DNA of 64,000 nucleotides from NCBI GenBank assembly GCA_028874175.1, contig JAPPLN010000087.1:6977-70976 (forward strand), read 5' to 3'. This DNA is from Chloroflexota bacterium. GTDB taxonomy: Bacteria > Chloroflexota > UBA11872. The notes below the pieces were generated by a model that saw only the letters and a list, made by a program, of their open reading frames with translations, was not told the DNA's origin and ran no database searches. This document shows, in pieces, positions 28,900 through 38,846 of the stretch. A program made the position numbers and the translations under genes. The first letter of the stretch is position 1, and each line of letters starts with the position of its first letter.

Positions 28900-28959
28900 C
28901 GGCCAGTCAGGCTTGCTCGCCCGCGAAAACCCCTACGAGCTTGGACGTCTCGCCCCCGC

Positions 28960-30567
28960 CTACAGGCTGGCGAAGAACTCATCCAGGAGCTCGCGCGTCT
29001 GACCGGCCATCGACGCCAGCGTCTCTTCAGGCGACTGCTTCCCAGCCATCATCAGCTCCATCTCGTCCTTCAGCACCTGATCGATGTCCGGGTTCACCGG
29101 CGTGATCGGTGATGCCTCGACCAGCGGAAGTACCGACTTCAGGTCGTTCCAGAGCGGTTCGGACTGGTACAGCGGGTCGTCGTTGTATTTGGGAACCGAC
29201 GATGGGCGCTTGAGATTGCCCATGAAAGCCAGGTTGCCCTCACCCGCGGTCAGGTATCGCAGCCACTCCCAGCCCTCTTCCAGGTTTTGCGCCCCCTTGG
29301 GCATCCCGTATGACCAGCCGTCGTCGGAAATCGAGCGCGGCCTGGCGTTCGGGTTGGTGTCGTCATACGGCATGTGCGTCACACCGGCGTTGATGTCAGG
29401 CGCGTCTCGGCGCATCACGCCCAGGAACCACACGCCTTCCACGCGCATGGTCAGCAGGCCGTTGTAGAACGCGGTCCGGGAGGCGCCCACGGCATCCATG
29501 TACCCCTGGATGTTGTCCCAGCCGTCGTTGAGCTTCTGGACCATGTCCAGTTGCCAGGAGACGTTGCGCTGCCCGATCGCGTCGTCGAACAACACCGACT
29601 TGGCGTCCTCGGTGAACATGTGGCCGCCGGCCGGGAACTGCCAGCCCTTGAAACTGGCATCCGTGCGCGCGCCCTTGATCATTTCAGGCACGAACATGCC
29701 GTGGCGCGTGATTTCGCCGCCTTCGCGCACGGTGGTCTTCAGCGCCATCTCCTCCAGCTCGGTCCACGTCGTCGGCGGTGTGTCCGGGTCCAGACCGACC
29801 TCTTCGAACGTGTCCTTGTTCCACCAGAAGAGATACCAGGCGCCCGTGTTATCCAGGGGTAGCGTGTACTGGACGCCCAACCAGCTTCCCTTGGGCCACT
29901 CGCCTGCGTAGAAAATATCGGCCAGATTCAGGCCGGCCTTCCCTATGAAGGCGTCCAGCGGAATGATTCCGCCGCGCGCCGCGAATTGCGGCACCCGCGA
30001 TTCCTGAATCTGGATCACGTCGGGCGGATCGCCGCCGGCGATCTGCGTGAGGTAGATCTCGTACATCTGCGCTTCTTCGATTCGCTCATTCACGATGTTG
30101 ATGTACGGGAACTGGGCTTCGAAGCCCGGGATCATCTTCTCTTCGACCGTCGGCTGGAAGGCGTCGGCCCAGACCTCTTGCCAGCGCACGTTCACGGTCT
30201 CCCTCATCGCGGGGACCTCTTTGACGACCTCCCTGGTGACGACCTTCTCGACGACCTTCTCGACGACCTTCTCGCGTTCAACGACCTGCGTCACGACGCG
30301 TTCGACCGGAACCTCGACCTGCTGGGTAACGACCTTCTCTTGCGTCACGATCCGATCAACGGGGACTTCCCTGACTTCGGTCTCGCGGACGATCTTTTCG
30401 ACTGGGACTTCCTTGATGACCGTCGTCTCGACCGGGACTTCCTTGGTGATGATCTGCGGCTCAGCCTCGCCGCAGGCCGCCAGCGCCGCAACGCCCGCCA
30501 CGCTGGCACCCAGTCCGCCGGCCATTCTCAGCAGTCGGCGCCGCGACACTTGAGAGTTCTTACCCAT
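28960..30567 (-). CDS. ABC transporter extracellular solute-binding lipoprotein (family 1, sugar), Tat signal, EVPVEK-repeat tether
   Basis: MGKNSQVSRRRLLR...LAACG. SD GGAGGGGGAGG lies upstream of ATG 30567; the track ORF is over-extended by 68 codons. Confidence 0.8.
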   Translation of the reverse strand: MGKNSQVSRRRLLRMAGGLGASVAGVAALAACGEAEPQIITKEVPVETTVIKEVPVEKIVRETEVREVPVDRIVTQEKVVTQQVEVPVERVVTQVVEREKVVEKVVEKVVTREVVKEVPAMRETVNVRWQEVWADAFQPTVEEKMIPGFEAQFPYINIVNERIEEAQMYEIYLTQIAGGDPPDVIQIQESRVPQFAARGGIIPLDAFIGKAGLNLADIFYAGEWPKGSWLGVQYTLPLDNTGAWYLFWWNKDTFEEVGLDPDTPPTTWTELEEMALKTTVREGGEITRHGMFVPEMIKGARTDASFKGWQFPAGGHMFTEDAKSVLFDDAIGQRNVSWQLDMVQKLNDGWDNIQGYMDAVGASRTAFYNGLLTMRVEGVWFLGVMRRDAPDINAGVTHMPYDDTNPNARPRSISDDGWSYGMPKGAQNLEEGWEWLRYLTAGEGNLAFMGNLKRPSSVPKYNDDPLYQSEPLWNDLKSVLPLVEASPITPVNPDIDQVLKDEMELMMAGKQSPEETLASMAGQTRELLDEFFASL

Positions 30568-30943
30568 TTCGATTACCTCCCCCTCCGCGCGCCGCATCCG
30601 CTCGACGCTGTGCGCCAAACTACCATGCGGAGTCGAAAAGCTCATGGTCGAATAATTTTCAATCCAACACGATCTCCGAATCCCCGCGCAGCGCAGTGTC
30701 AGCTCCACATGCCGCGTCACCGCCGACTGAGTGCGTATTCCATGCCCGGAAGATTTGATGCGAGCCCACATCCGGACGGTAACCGGAAACCTCGTTCTAC
30801 ACCTTTAGCGCACGCCTCGATGCTCGTCTGCGTCTAGTCGTACTGCTCTCGCCAAGTCATATCGGGGCTAAGTCTGTGCCCGGAGCTCAGACGCGACCCG
30901 GACGGCTACCCTATCGACCCAAGGTGAGTTTGGTGAGTTCAAG

Positions 30944-32692
30944 ATGACTCGTCCGCAGTTGCTGCTGCTGCTCGGCTATATCCGCCGGCGCCCACTGATC
31001 TATCTGCCGGGCTTCGCGGCCTCGCTCGTCGGTGTCACCTTCCTCGCCCTGATCCCGCTCGGCATCCGTCGCCTCCTCGACGAGGCCCTGCCCGCCGGTC
31101 TGTGGCTGCCCATCGTCCTCACCGTGCTCGGAATCGCCGCCGCCCAGTTCCTGCATCGTGGCCTCGTCATTGTCAACCGCATCTTTCGCGAGATCGCCGA
31201 TGTCTCCATGGCCCACGACATCCGGCGCGACCTCTTCGCCCGTCTGTTGAGCCAGGATGGCTACTTCTTCGATCGCAACGTGACCGGCGACTTGGTTGAG
31301 CGCCTGACCGGCGACCTGCGCCAGGTGACCTTCGCGGTCCAGTTGCTGGTGCTCAAGGGCTTCCTGTCGACCTTCGAAATCATCGCGCCTTTGGTGGCGG
31401 CCTTCGTGCTCAACTGGCGCCTGGCGCTCGTGCTGGTGGCCTTCGCGCCCACGCTTTACATCGTGAAGCGGCTCGTGGCCCCGACCATGCATGCCGCCAA
31501 CGCGGCCGACCGCGCCCACGCTGCCCGGACCCGCGAGTACGTCCACGAGGCGCTGGAAGGCGCCCGCATGATCCGCTCCATCCAGGCCCAGCCCCCAGCG
31601 CTGGCGCGATTACGCGACCTCAATCAGCGTCGCCTGGAGGAAGGCTCCTTCCGCGTCGCGTTCACCGCCGCCGCCGCGCGCAACCTCTGGAGCTTCGTGC
31701 GGGCCTTCGGCATCCTGGCCGTCTTCGCCATCGCCGTGGTTGAAGTTCAGGCCGGGCGCGCGACGCCGGGCGTGGTCGCGGCCTTCATCCAGATCGCGCT
31801 CACCTACTTTGGCGGGCTCGGCTACTCCTCCGACTACCTGGCCGATTACGAGCGTGTGGCCGCCCCCTGGCGGCGGATCGCGCCGCTGCTGGACGAGCAG
31901 CCCAGGGTCGCCGAAGGCCGCGAGCGCGTGCGGCTATCGGCGGCCGATGCCTCGGTCCAATTCGAGAACGTCTCGTTCCGCTATGCCGACGACCGTCTCG
32001 AGCCCATCCGCCACGTCTCCCTGGACGTGCAACCCGGCGAATTCGTCGGCATTGTCGGGCCAACCGGCTCCGGCAAGACCACTCTGGCCGATCTGGTTCT
32101 GCGGCACTACGACGCCCACGCCGGCGGCATTCGCATCGCCGGTCACGACATTCGCGCCCTGCTCTTCAGCGATCTGCGGCGTGATGTCGGGATTGTTCCC
32201 CAGGATGCCGTGCTGCTCAACGCCTCCATTCGTGAAAACCTCCAGGTCGCCAAACCGGACGCCACAGACGCTGACCTGGTCGCGGCGATGCGTCATGCCG
32301 ATCTCCACGACTTTGTGGCGTCGCTCCCCGACGGCTACGACACTGTCGTCGGCGACCGAGGCGTTCGACTGAGCGGCGGGCAGCGCCAGCGCGTGGCGAT
32401 CGCCCGGGTCTTCCTGCAAGACCCGCCGATTCTGCTGCTGGACGAAGCTACCGCCTCCTTGGACGCGATTACCGAGGAGCACATTCAGTCAGCGCTGGCC
32501 CGCGTGCGCGCCTCACGTACGGTCATTGCCATCGCTCACCGTCTCGCCACTCTGCGCGACGCCGACCGTATCGTGGTCATCGATGACGGCCGGGTGGTGG
32601 AATCGGGAGCGCCGCACCAGCTTCTTGAACGGCGCGGCTTGTACTGGCAGCTCCATGCCACCCAGTTCGGCGCGGGAGCGCAGACCGCATGA
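30944..32692 (+). CDS. ABC exporter, fused permease-ATPase (MsbA/MDR-type), subunit 1 of a probable heterodimer
   Basis: Six-TM N-terminal domain followed by Walker A (GPTGSGKTT), signature (LSGGQRQRVAIAR) and Walker B (LLLDEATASLD). Confidence 0.85.
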   Translation: MTRPQLLLLLGYIRRRPLIYLPGFAASLVGVTFLALIPLGIRRLLDEALPAGLWLPIVLTVLGIAAAQFLHRGLVIVNRIFREIADVSMAHDIRRDLFARLLSQDGYFFDRNVTGDLVERLTGDLRQVTFAVQLLVLKGFLSTFEIIAPLVAAFVLNWRLALVLVAFAPTLYIVKRLVAPTMHAANAADRAHAARTREYVHEALEGARMIRSIQAQPPALARLRDLNQRRLEEGSFRVAFTAAAARNLWSFVRAFGILAVFAIAVVEVQAGRATPGVVAAFIQIALTYFGGLGYSSDYLADYERVAAPWRRIAPLLDEQPRVAEGRERVRLSAADASVQFENVSFRYADDRLEPIRHVSLDVQPGEFVGIVGPTGSGKTTLADLVLRHYDAHAGGIRIAGHDIRALLFSDLRRDVGIVPQDAVLLNASIRENLQVAKPDATDADLVAAMRHADLHDFVASLPDGYDTVVGDRGVRLSGGQRQRVAIARVFLQDPPILLLDEATASLDAITEEHIQSALARVRASRTVIAIAHRLATLRDADRIVVIDDGRVVESGAPHQLLERRGLYWQLHATQFGAGAQTA

Positions 32693-34449
32693 GCCGGCTG
32701 GCCAGCGAACGCGCGGCCGTGGCTGATCTGGTGGCCGCTACGCGCCTGGGCCGGCCATCGGCGCGCACCCTGGCGGAAGCGATGGCAATCGGCGGGCTGG
32801 TAATTGCCCTGACGATTGCCGGCGCACTGGGGGTGCGCGAGCTGATCGACACGAGCGTGCATGAAGGGTTTCCCGCTGCCTGGACGCCGCTCCTCATCGC
32901 CGCTTTTGCCCCCCTCGCGGCCACTGCCCTCATGACGGTAATGGAGATCCGCGCCCAGCGAGCTACGCTGCGCAGCGCCGCCCGAATGACCGAAACGACC
33001 TTTCGCCATCTGCAGCACGTGCGGATGGTCGACATCGACCCCATGTCCACCGGCGAGCGTGCCGCCCGCGTGCTGGAGGGTCCTGAAGAGCTCGCGCAGT
33101 TCATCGGCTGGGGGATCGGCCGCCTGGGCATGGCCTTTGCCATCGCCATCGCCACGTATGGCGTCGGCTTCGCCCTCAACTGGCGCCTCGCGCTTCTGGC
33201 TTTGGCAGTCATCCCCGTCCACATCGCGCTGACTGCACACTTCAACTATGGACTGCGACGCATTGCCGCCGAGCGGCGGTTAGCCGGCAGCGCCGAGGTC
33301 AGCGCCTTCCTGCATGAGCACCTCAGCGGAATCCGCCTCTTTCAGCAACATCGGCATGAGCCGCTCTCGCAGGCACGTTTCGATGCGCTGTCGGCGCGCG
33401 TCCGGACGGATCGACTGCGCGAGTTCATGGCGGGACGGGTCGCAGAGGACTTTGGAATCGCGCTGAGTTGGGGTTTGGGTCCCCTCGTGGTCTTTGGCTA
33501 CGGCAGCTATGAATTCACACAGGGGCGTCTGACGACGGGCGATATCGGTGCATTGCTGAGTCTCGTATTGGCCGGCCTTCGCGTGGTGCAGTCCTCACAA
33601 ATCCGCTGGTTCGATGCCAGTGCTGTTTTCGCTGCGGCGCGTCGGCTCAAGGACACCCTGGCAATGCCGGTCGAGGACGACCCGATCACCGAGGCTCTGA
33701 CCGTGACCCGCCCGCCCAGCGTTGAGTTCGACGACGTCGAGTTCACCCACCGCACCATGCACGTGCCCGTCTTGCGGGGCCTCAGCATGCTCGTCGAGCC
33801 GGGCAAGGTCGTGGCGCTCGTGGGGGCCAGTGGTTGCGGCAAATCGACCACGGCTGAATTGCTCACCCGCTTGTTCCAGGCCGATGCGGGCGACGTGCGC
33901 CTTGACGACCGTCGGCTCATGGAGTGGCGACTGCTTGACCTGCGACGGACGGTCGGCCTGGCCGCGCAGGACCCTTTCTTCTTCAACGCCAGTGTTCGCG
34001 CAAACCTCACCTTTGGGATCGGCGACGTTGACTCGGCAGCCCTTGAGCGCGTCTGTCGAGTCGCCCAGATCCACGACTTCATCCGTTCGCTGCCCGATGG
34101 CTACGAGACCGGCATCGGCGAGCGCGGATCCCACCTATCCGGCGGCGAGCGCCAGCGCCTGTCGATCGCCCGGACGCTGCTCCGAGATCCAGATGTCCTG
34201 ATTCTGGACGAGGCGACCTCGGCTCTGGACTCGGTGACCGAGCGGCGGGTGTACGAAGCCGTCCTCGCCGAATCCACTGATCGCACCATCCTTGTCATTG
34301 CCCATCGCCTGGCGACCGTCCGCAACGCCGACCGCATCTTCGTGCTCCAGAACGGCCAAATCGTCGAGGCGGGCATGCACGCTGATCTGCTCGAGAACGA
34401 CGGGCCCTACTGCCACCTCTACGAACGCCAAACGGCTGGGGTCAGCTGA
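32689..34449 (+). CDS. ABC exporter, fused permease-ATPase, subunit 2
   Basis: GASGCGKST Walker A, LSGGERQRLSIAR signature, ILDEATSALD Walker B. 4-nt overlap with subunit 1. Confidence 0.85.
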   Translation: MSRLASERAAVADLVAATRLGRPSARTLAEAMAIGGLVIALTIAGALGVRELIDTSVHEGFPAAWTPLLIAAFAPLAATALMTVMEIRAQRATLRSAARMTETTFRHLQHVRMVDIDPMSTGERAARVLEGPEELAQFIGWGIGRLGMAFAIAIATYGVGFALNWRLALLALAVIPVHIALTAHFNYGLRRIAAERRLAGSAEVSAFLHEHLSGIRLFQQHRHEPLSQARFDALSARVRTDRLREFMAGRVAEDFGIALSWGLGPLVVFGYGSYEFTQGRLTTGDIGALLSLVLAGLRVVQSSQIRWFDASAVFAAARRLKDTLAMPVEDDPITEALTVTRPPSVEFDDVEFTHRTMHVPVLRGLSMLVEPGKVVALVGASGCGKSTTAELLTRLFQADAGDVRLDDRRLMEWRLLDLRRTVGLAAQDPFFFNASVRANLTFGIGDVDSAALERVCRVAQIHDFIRSLPDGYETGIGERGSHLSGGERQRLSIARTLLRDPDVLILDEATSALDSVTERRVYEAVLAESTDRTILVIAHRLATVRNADRIFVLQNGQIVEAGMHADLLENDGPYCHLYERQTAGVS

Positions 34450-34478
34450 GCCGCAGATATTCCTTGTGAATTCGCGAG

Positions 34479-35516
34479 CTAACCCGCGCTCGCGGCGGCG
34501 GTTGCCACGGCCTTGAGTTTCACCGTGGCCGCGGTCCACTCGATTCCCGCGGCGGCCCAGGCTAGGCCGGCCCCGAATCCAACCATCACCACCCGGTCGC
34601 CCGCCTGGATCCGGCCGGCTTCCAGCGCCTCGCAGAGCGCGATAGGGATGGATCCCGCCGAGGTGTTGCCGTAGCGGTCCGCGTTCACGAACACCCGCTC
34701 CATGGGGATGCCCGCGCCCCGTGCCGCCGACTTGATGATGCGCAGGTTGGCCTGGTGTGGAATGAACAGGTCCACGTCGTCCGGACCCAGTCCGGTGCCC
34801 TGCATCGTTTGACGCGCCGCCTCGGCGGTGGCGGTAACTGCGAACTTGTACACCTCGCGCCCGTTCATTTGCAGGAAGTGCGCGCCCGACTTGATCGTGT
34901 CAACCGTGGCCGGCTGGTGGCTGCCGCCCGCCGGCTGGATCAGCAGCGGCGCCCCGGCCCCATCGGATCCCAGCACCGTGCTGAAGATTCCGCCCGGCCC
35001 GTCGGTGGCCTGCATCACCACCGCGCCCGCGCCGTCGCCGAACAGTACGCAGGTCGACCGGTCCGTCCAGTCCACCACGCGCGACATCGTGTCGGCCCCG
35101 ATCAGCAGGATCGTCCCGTGTATGCCCGATTCGATCATGCTGCGCGCCACGGCCACGCCGTAGACGAATCCCGCGCAGGCGGCGTTGATGTCGAAGGCCC
35201 CGGCCCGCGTTGCGCCCAGCGTGTCCTGCACCAGGCTGGCCGTCGCCGGAAAACCGTACTCCGGCGTCAGCGTGGCTACCACCACCAGATCGATGTCGTT
35301 CGGATGCACGTCGGCCACTTGCAACGCCTGCTTGGCGGCGTCCCGCGCCAGGGTGAAGGTGGACTCGTCGTCGTTGGCGATCCGGCGCTCCCGGATGCCC
35401 GTGCGCGACACGATCCACTCGTCCGACGTGGCGACCATGCGCTCCAACTCCGCGTTGGTCCGGATCTGCTGGGGAACGCACATCCCCCAGCCGCTGATCG
35501 TCGCTGCACGGCTCAC
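34479..35516 (-). CDS. fabH: 3-oxoacyl-ACP synthase III
   Basis: FDINAACAGFVYG active-site Cys region, N-terminal SDEWIVSRTGIRER, C-terminal GFGAGLAWAA. GTG start at residue 38 of the track ORF fits family length. Confidence 0.85.
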   Translation of the reverse strand: MSRAATISGWGMCVPQQIRTNAELERMVATSDEWIVSRTGIRERRIANDDESTFTLARDAAKQALQVADVHPNDIDLVVVATLTPEYGFPATASLVQDTLGATRAGAFDINAACAGFVYGVAVARSMIESGIHGTILLIGADTMSRVVDWTDRSTCVLFGDGAGAVVMQATDGPGGIFSTVLGSDGAGAPLLIQPAGGSHQPATVDTIKSGAHFLQMNGREVYKFAVTATAEAARQTMQGTGLGPDDVDLFIPHQANLRIIKSAARGAGIPMERVFVNADRYGNTSAGSIPIALCEALEAGRIQAGDRVVMVGFGAGLAWAAAGIEWTAATVKLKAVATAAASAG

Positions 35517-36043
35517 GCCAGGCTCCGGTGGTTTGGGACGCCCATCAGCGTCCGCTGGCGAGCATAGCCGCCGGTAGCCCGCCAACGCGACTGCGATGGG
35601 CGGGTCGGACAACGTATGCGCGGTCACCCAACCACCGGCTGCGTCGCTCCGCTCGTCTCGGGCCGGTCACGTTCCGATCTCCTGCTCCTTCCTGCCTGGA
35701 GCCGGTCTCCCACCGGCCATAGTTCGGGCTCTTTTTGGCGTACGGGCCGTGTCACTGACCGGCCTTGTCCGCGCAACGAAGTCCCGGCAACCCGGGCCCG
35801 TCGCAGCCCCTCGCCGGCTGCTGGCGACCAACTCGATTGCCGTCTGTGCTCGTAAAGGGTACACTAGATCCGATGTCCACGCAAGCCATTGGTCCGATGC
35901 CTCACCACAGTCCACCGCTCGCCGCCGCCTCCTCGCCCGGCGATGTCGCGCTGCCTGGCTGCGTCTTCCTGGCCCCGTTCGTCGCCAATTCGGCCCGCCC
36001 CGCCGCGCTCCGAATCCGCCCGAATGACGCCCCCCGGCGCCTC

Positions 36044-36067
36044 AAGAGTTTTTTGGAAAAAACTCTT
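36044..36067. promoter_or_regulatory. Perfect 24-bp AT-rich palindrome AAGAGTTTTTTGGAAAAAACTCTT in the fabH/fabF divergent intergenic region (candidate operator)
   Basis: 11-bp inverted arms with a 2-bp spacer, in an AT-rich patch within ~70% GC DNA, ~95 nt upstream of fabF. Confidence 0.5.
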
Positions 36068-36159
36068 ATACGCGCGAAACCGCCCCGTTTTCTGCCCGCC
36101 GCCGCCGCGTTGATACACTCGTTTATCAGCGCAGCGGGCTGCCCATCCGGCGGCTTGCG

Positions 36160-37410
36160 GTGATCGGAGACTGCATGTCCAGGCGGGTTGTCGTCACAGG
36201 CATCGGCGCTATCACGCCGCTTGGGGCGACCGCCGAGGACAGCTGGCGCGCGACGTTGGAGGGCCAGAACGGCATCGGGCCCATCACCTCCTTCGACACC
36301 ACCGGCTTCAGCTGCCGAATCGCCGGTGAAGTCAAGGACTGGGATCCAAACGCGCTGCTCGGGCGGCGCCTGGCCCGCCGCACCGACCGCTTTGCCCAGT
36401 TCGCCATCATCGCTGCCCGCGACGCCGTGGCCGACGCAGGCCTTGAGATCACCGACGACAACCGCGCCGGCATTGGCTGCTTCATCGGCAGCGGCATCGG
36501 TGGTCTGCTGGTGCTCGAGCAGCAGGTCAATACCCTGCGCGACCGTGGACCCTCGCGCATTTCGCCATTCATGATTCCCGAGGTCATCGCCAACATGGCC
36601 GCGGGCCTGGTCGCGATTGACCTGGGCATCGGCGGCCCGAACATCGCCATCGTCACCGCCTGCGCCACCGGCGCGCACTCCATCGGCGAGGCCGCGGCCA
36701 CCATCAAGCGCGGCGCCGCCGACGTGATGCTGGCGGGCGGCACCGAGGCGGCTATCGGGCCGATCGGCCTGGCCGGATTCTGCGCCGGACGCGCGCTCAG
36801 CACCCGTAACGACGACTTCGAGCACGCCTCACGCCCCTTCGACAAGGACCGCGACGGCTTTGTTGCCGCGGAGGGCGCGGGCGTCTTTGTGCTTGAGAGC
36901 TACGAACACGCGAGCGCCCGCGGCGCGCCGATCCACGCCGAGATCCTGGGCTACGGCCTCAGTTCCGACGCGTTCCACATCACCCAGCCGCCGGCCGCCG
37001 GCGACGGCGCGGCCCGCTCGATGCAGGGTGCGCTGGATGACGCCCAGCTCGACGCCTCGGCCGTCGACTACATCAACGCCCACGGCACGTCCACGCCGGC
37101 GGGCGACCTGGCCGAGACCAACGCCGTCAAACAGGTGTTCAACGGCAACGGCTCCACGGCGCCGGTCAGCTCGACGAAGTCGATGATGGGCCACCTGATC
37201 GGGGCCGCCGGCTCGGTCGAAGCCATGCTGTGCATCAAGGCGATCCACGACGGCGTGATTCCCCCGACGATCAACTACGAGACCCCTGATCCCGAGTGCG
37301 ACCTGGACTACGTGACGGATGGGGCCCGCGAACTACCGGTCACCTGCGCCATGTCAAACAGCTTCGGATTCGGCGGGCACAACGCCACGCTAATCGTTGG
37401 CGCGGTCTAG
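36160..37410 (+). CDS. fabF: 3-oxoacyl-ACP synthase II
   Basis: RRVVVTGIGAITPLG start, active-site VTACATGAHSIG, C-terminal NSFGFGGHNATL. Confidence 0.9.
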   Translation: MIGDCMSRRVVVTGIGAITPLGATAEDSWRATLEGQNGIGPITSFDTTGFSCRIAGEVKDWDPNALLGRRLARRTDRFAQFAIIAARDAVADAGLEITDDNRAGIGCFIGSGIGGLLVLEQQVNTLRDRGPSRISPFMIPEVIANMAAGLVAIDLGIGGPNIAIVTACATGAHSIGEAAATIKRGAADVMLAGGTEAAIGPIGLAGFCAGRALSTRNDDFEHASRPFDKDRDGFVAAEGAGVFVLESYEHASARGAPIHAEILGYGLSSDAFHITQPPAAGDGAARSMQGALDDAQLDASAVDYINAHGTSTPAGDLAETNAVKQVFNGNGSTAPVSSTKSMMGHLIGAAGSVEAMLCIKAIHDGVIPPTINYETPDPECDLDYVTDGARELPVTCAMSNSFGFGGHNATLIVGAV

Positions 37411-37491
37411 GCGGTTGGCGCGATCCCGAACCCGGAGGACCCCGGCGCCGAGGCGGGCTACGCCCGGCGCGTCCGCTCGATCCTGGACGCC

Positions 37492-37881
37492 ATGCGCCGT
37501 CTCGATCTGTCCGAGCTCGAAATCCGCATCGGCGACCAGCGCGTCGCCGTCCGCCGTCCGGACGCCGGCGCTCCTGCCGCTGCTCCAGCGGCCGTGCCCG
37601 CCGCCGTCCCGCCGCCCGCCCCTCCGCCGTCGGGGACCCCGGTCACCTCGCCCCTGGCCGGAACCTACTACGGCTCCCCTCGCCCCGGCGCCGAGCCGTT
37701 CGTGCGAGTCGGAACCCAGGTGGCGGCCGGCGACCCCATCGGACTGGTGGAGGCCATGAAAGTCTTCAACGAAATCACGACCGACCACGCCGGCGAGGTA
37801 GTCGCCGTGCTGGTCGAGAACGGCGATACCATCGCCGCCGGACAGTCGTTGATCATCGTGGATACTGGCGCTCAGTCGTGA
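37492..37881 (+). CDS. accB: Biotin carboxyl carrier protein (biotinyl domain protein)
   Basis: EAMKVFNEI biotinylation motif and Pro/Ala-rich linker. Same frame as fabF downstream of its stop. Confidence 0.8.
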   Translation: MRRLDLSELEIRIGDQRVAVRRPDAGAPAAAPAAVPAAVPPPAPPPSGTPVTSPLAGTYYGSPRPGAEPFVRVGTQVAAGDPIGLVEAMKVFNEITTDHAGEVVAVLVENGDTIAAGQSLIIVDTGAQS

Positions 37882-37885
37882 ACGA

Positions 37886-38560
37886 TTGGCGCGGCGCTGG
37901 CCCCGGAAAGGTGAGGCGACATTGAGCGTTGAGGTTGCCCGACGAGTAACCGGGCTGGCGCCGCGACAAACCGTTTCAGACGGAGTGCTTGTCGTCGTCT
38001 TCGCCCTGCTCATGATTCCTGCGGCGCAGGCCAAGATCGAAGCGGATCCTGTTCCCTACACCCTGCAAGTGCTCTTCGTCCTGCTTACAGGACTTGTGCT
38101 GGGTCCCTGGCGGGGCGCCGCCGCGATGCTGCTGTACGCCGTGATGGGCTTTGCCGGTTTGCCGGTCTTCGCCCGCGGCGGCGGACCGGCCTACTTCCTG
38201 ACCCCGACCGCCGGCTATATCTACGGGTTCATCGTCGCCGCCTTCGTGGTCGGGATGACGTCGCAGACGCTGCACGCCCGGTTCGATTCGACAATCAACG
38301 GCAGCCGCGGGGCGATCCTCCGATTCGTACGAATCGACCTATTGGCCGCCCTCGCCGGAGTGCCGTTCATCTATCTCTTTGGCGTGAACCACCTGGCTCT
38401 TTACTATGTGCTGGCTAAGGATGAGGTCAACCCGTGGGGCTTGGCGTGGGCCAATGGGGCAGGACCCTTCCTCTGGTTCGATGTCACGAAAGCCGTCATA
38501 GCCGCCGCGCTGGCAAGCAGCGCCGGTATGCGAAAAGAGGGACTCCGTGGGAACGGTTGA
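37886..38560 (+). CDS. bioY: BioY family biotin transporter (ECF S-component)
   Basis: LTGLVLGPWRGAAAMLLYAVMGFAGLPVFARGGGPAYFLTPTAGYIYGF matches the BioY core. Confidence 0.75.
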   Translation: MARRWPRKGEATLSVEVARRVTGLAPRQTVSDGVLVVVFALLMIPAAQAKIEADPVPYTLQVLFVLLTGLVLGPWRGAAAMLLYAVMGFAGLPVFARGGGPAYFLTPTAGYIYGFIVAAFVVGMTSQTLHARFDSTINGSRGAILRFVRIDLLAALAGVPFIYLFGVNHLALYYVLAKDEVNPWGLAWANGAGPFLWFDVTKAVIAAALASSAGMRKEGLRGNG

Positions 38561-38777
38561 CCGTGTAATTGCCGTGGTTTCTGACAAGCTCGACGTGCCG
38601 GCGGACGAGATCTCCGCGGACTCGCGCTTCGTCGACGACTTGAACGCCGATTCACTCGATCAGGTCGAGCTGATCATGGCGCTCGAGGACGAATACGACC
38701 TGACGATCCCCGACGAGGACGCCCAAAAGATCCTCACCATCACCGACGCGGTCAGTTACATCGAAGAGCACGCGTAG
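38547..38777 (+). CDS. acpP: Acyl carrier protein
   Basis: DLNADSLDQVELIMALEDEYD phosphopantetheine-attachment motif (DSL). Confidence 0.9.
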   Translation: MGTVDRVIAVVSDKLDVPADEISADSRFVDDLNADSLDQVELIMALEDEYDLTIPDEDAQKILTITDAVSYIEEHA

Positions 38778-38846
38778 GGGCTAGCTCTGGCGAAGGCCGG
38801 CTAGCGTCGGGGTACCGTCCGGCGCGCTGCCGGCCGGGGCGAGTTC

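Noticed and set aside
35765-36163. 132-aa ORF in the fabH-fabF intergenic region
   Set aside because: Pro/Ala-rich low-complexity translation. It would have to encode a perfect 24-bp palindrome in frame. It overlaps the fabF start. Treated as non-coding regulatory DNA.
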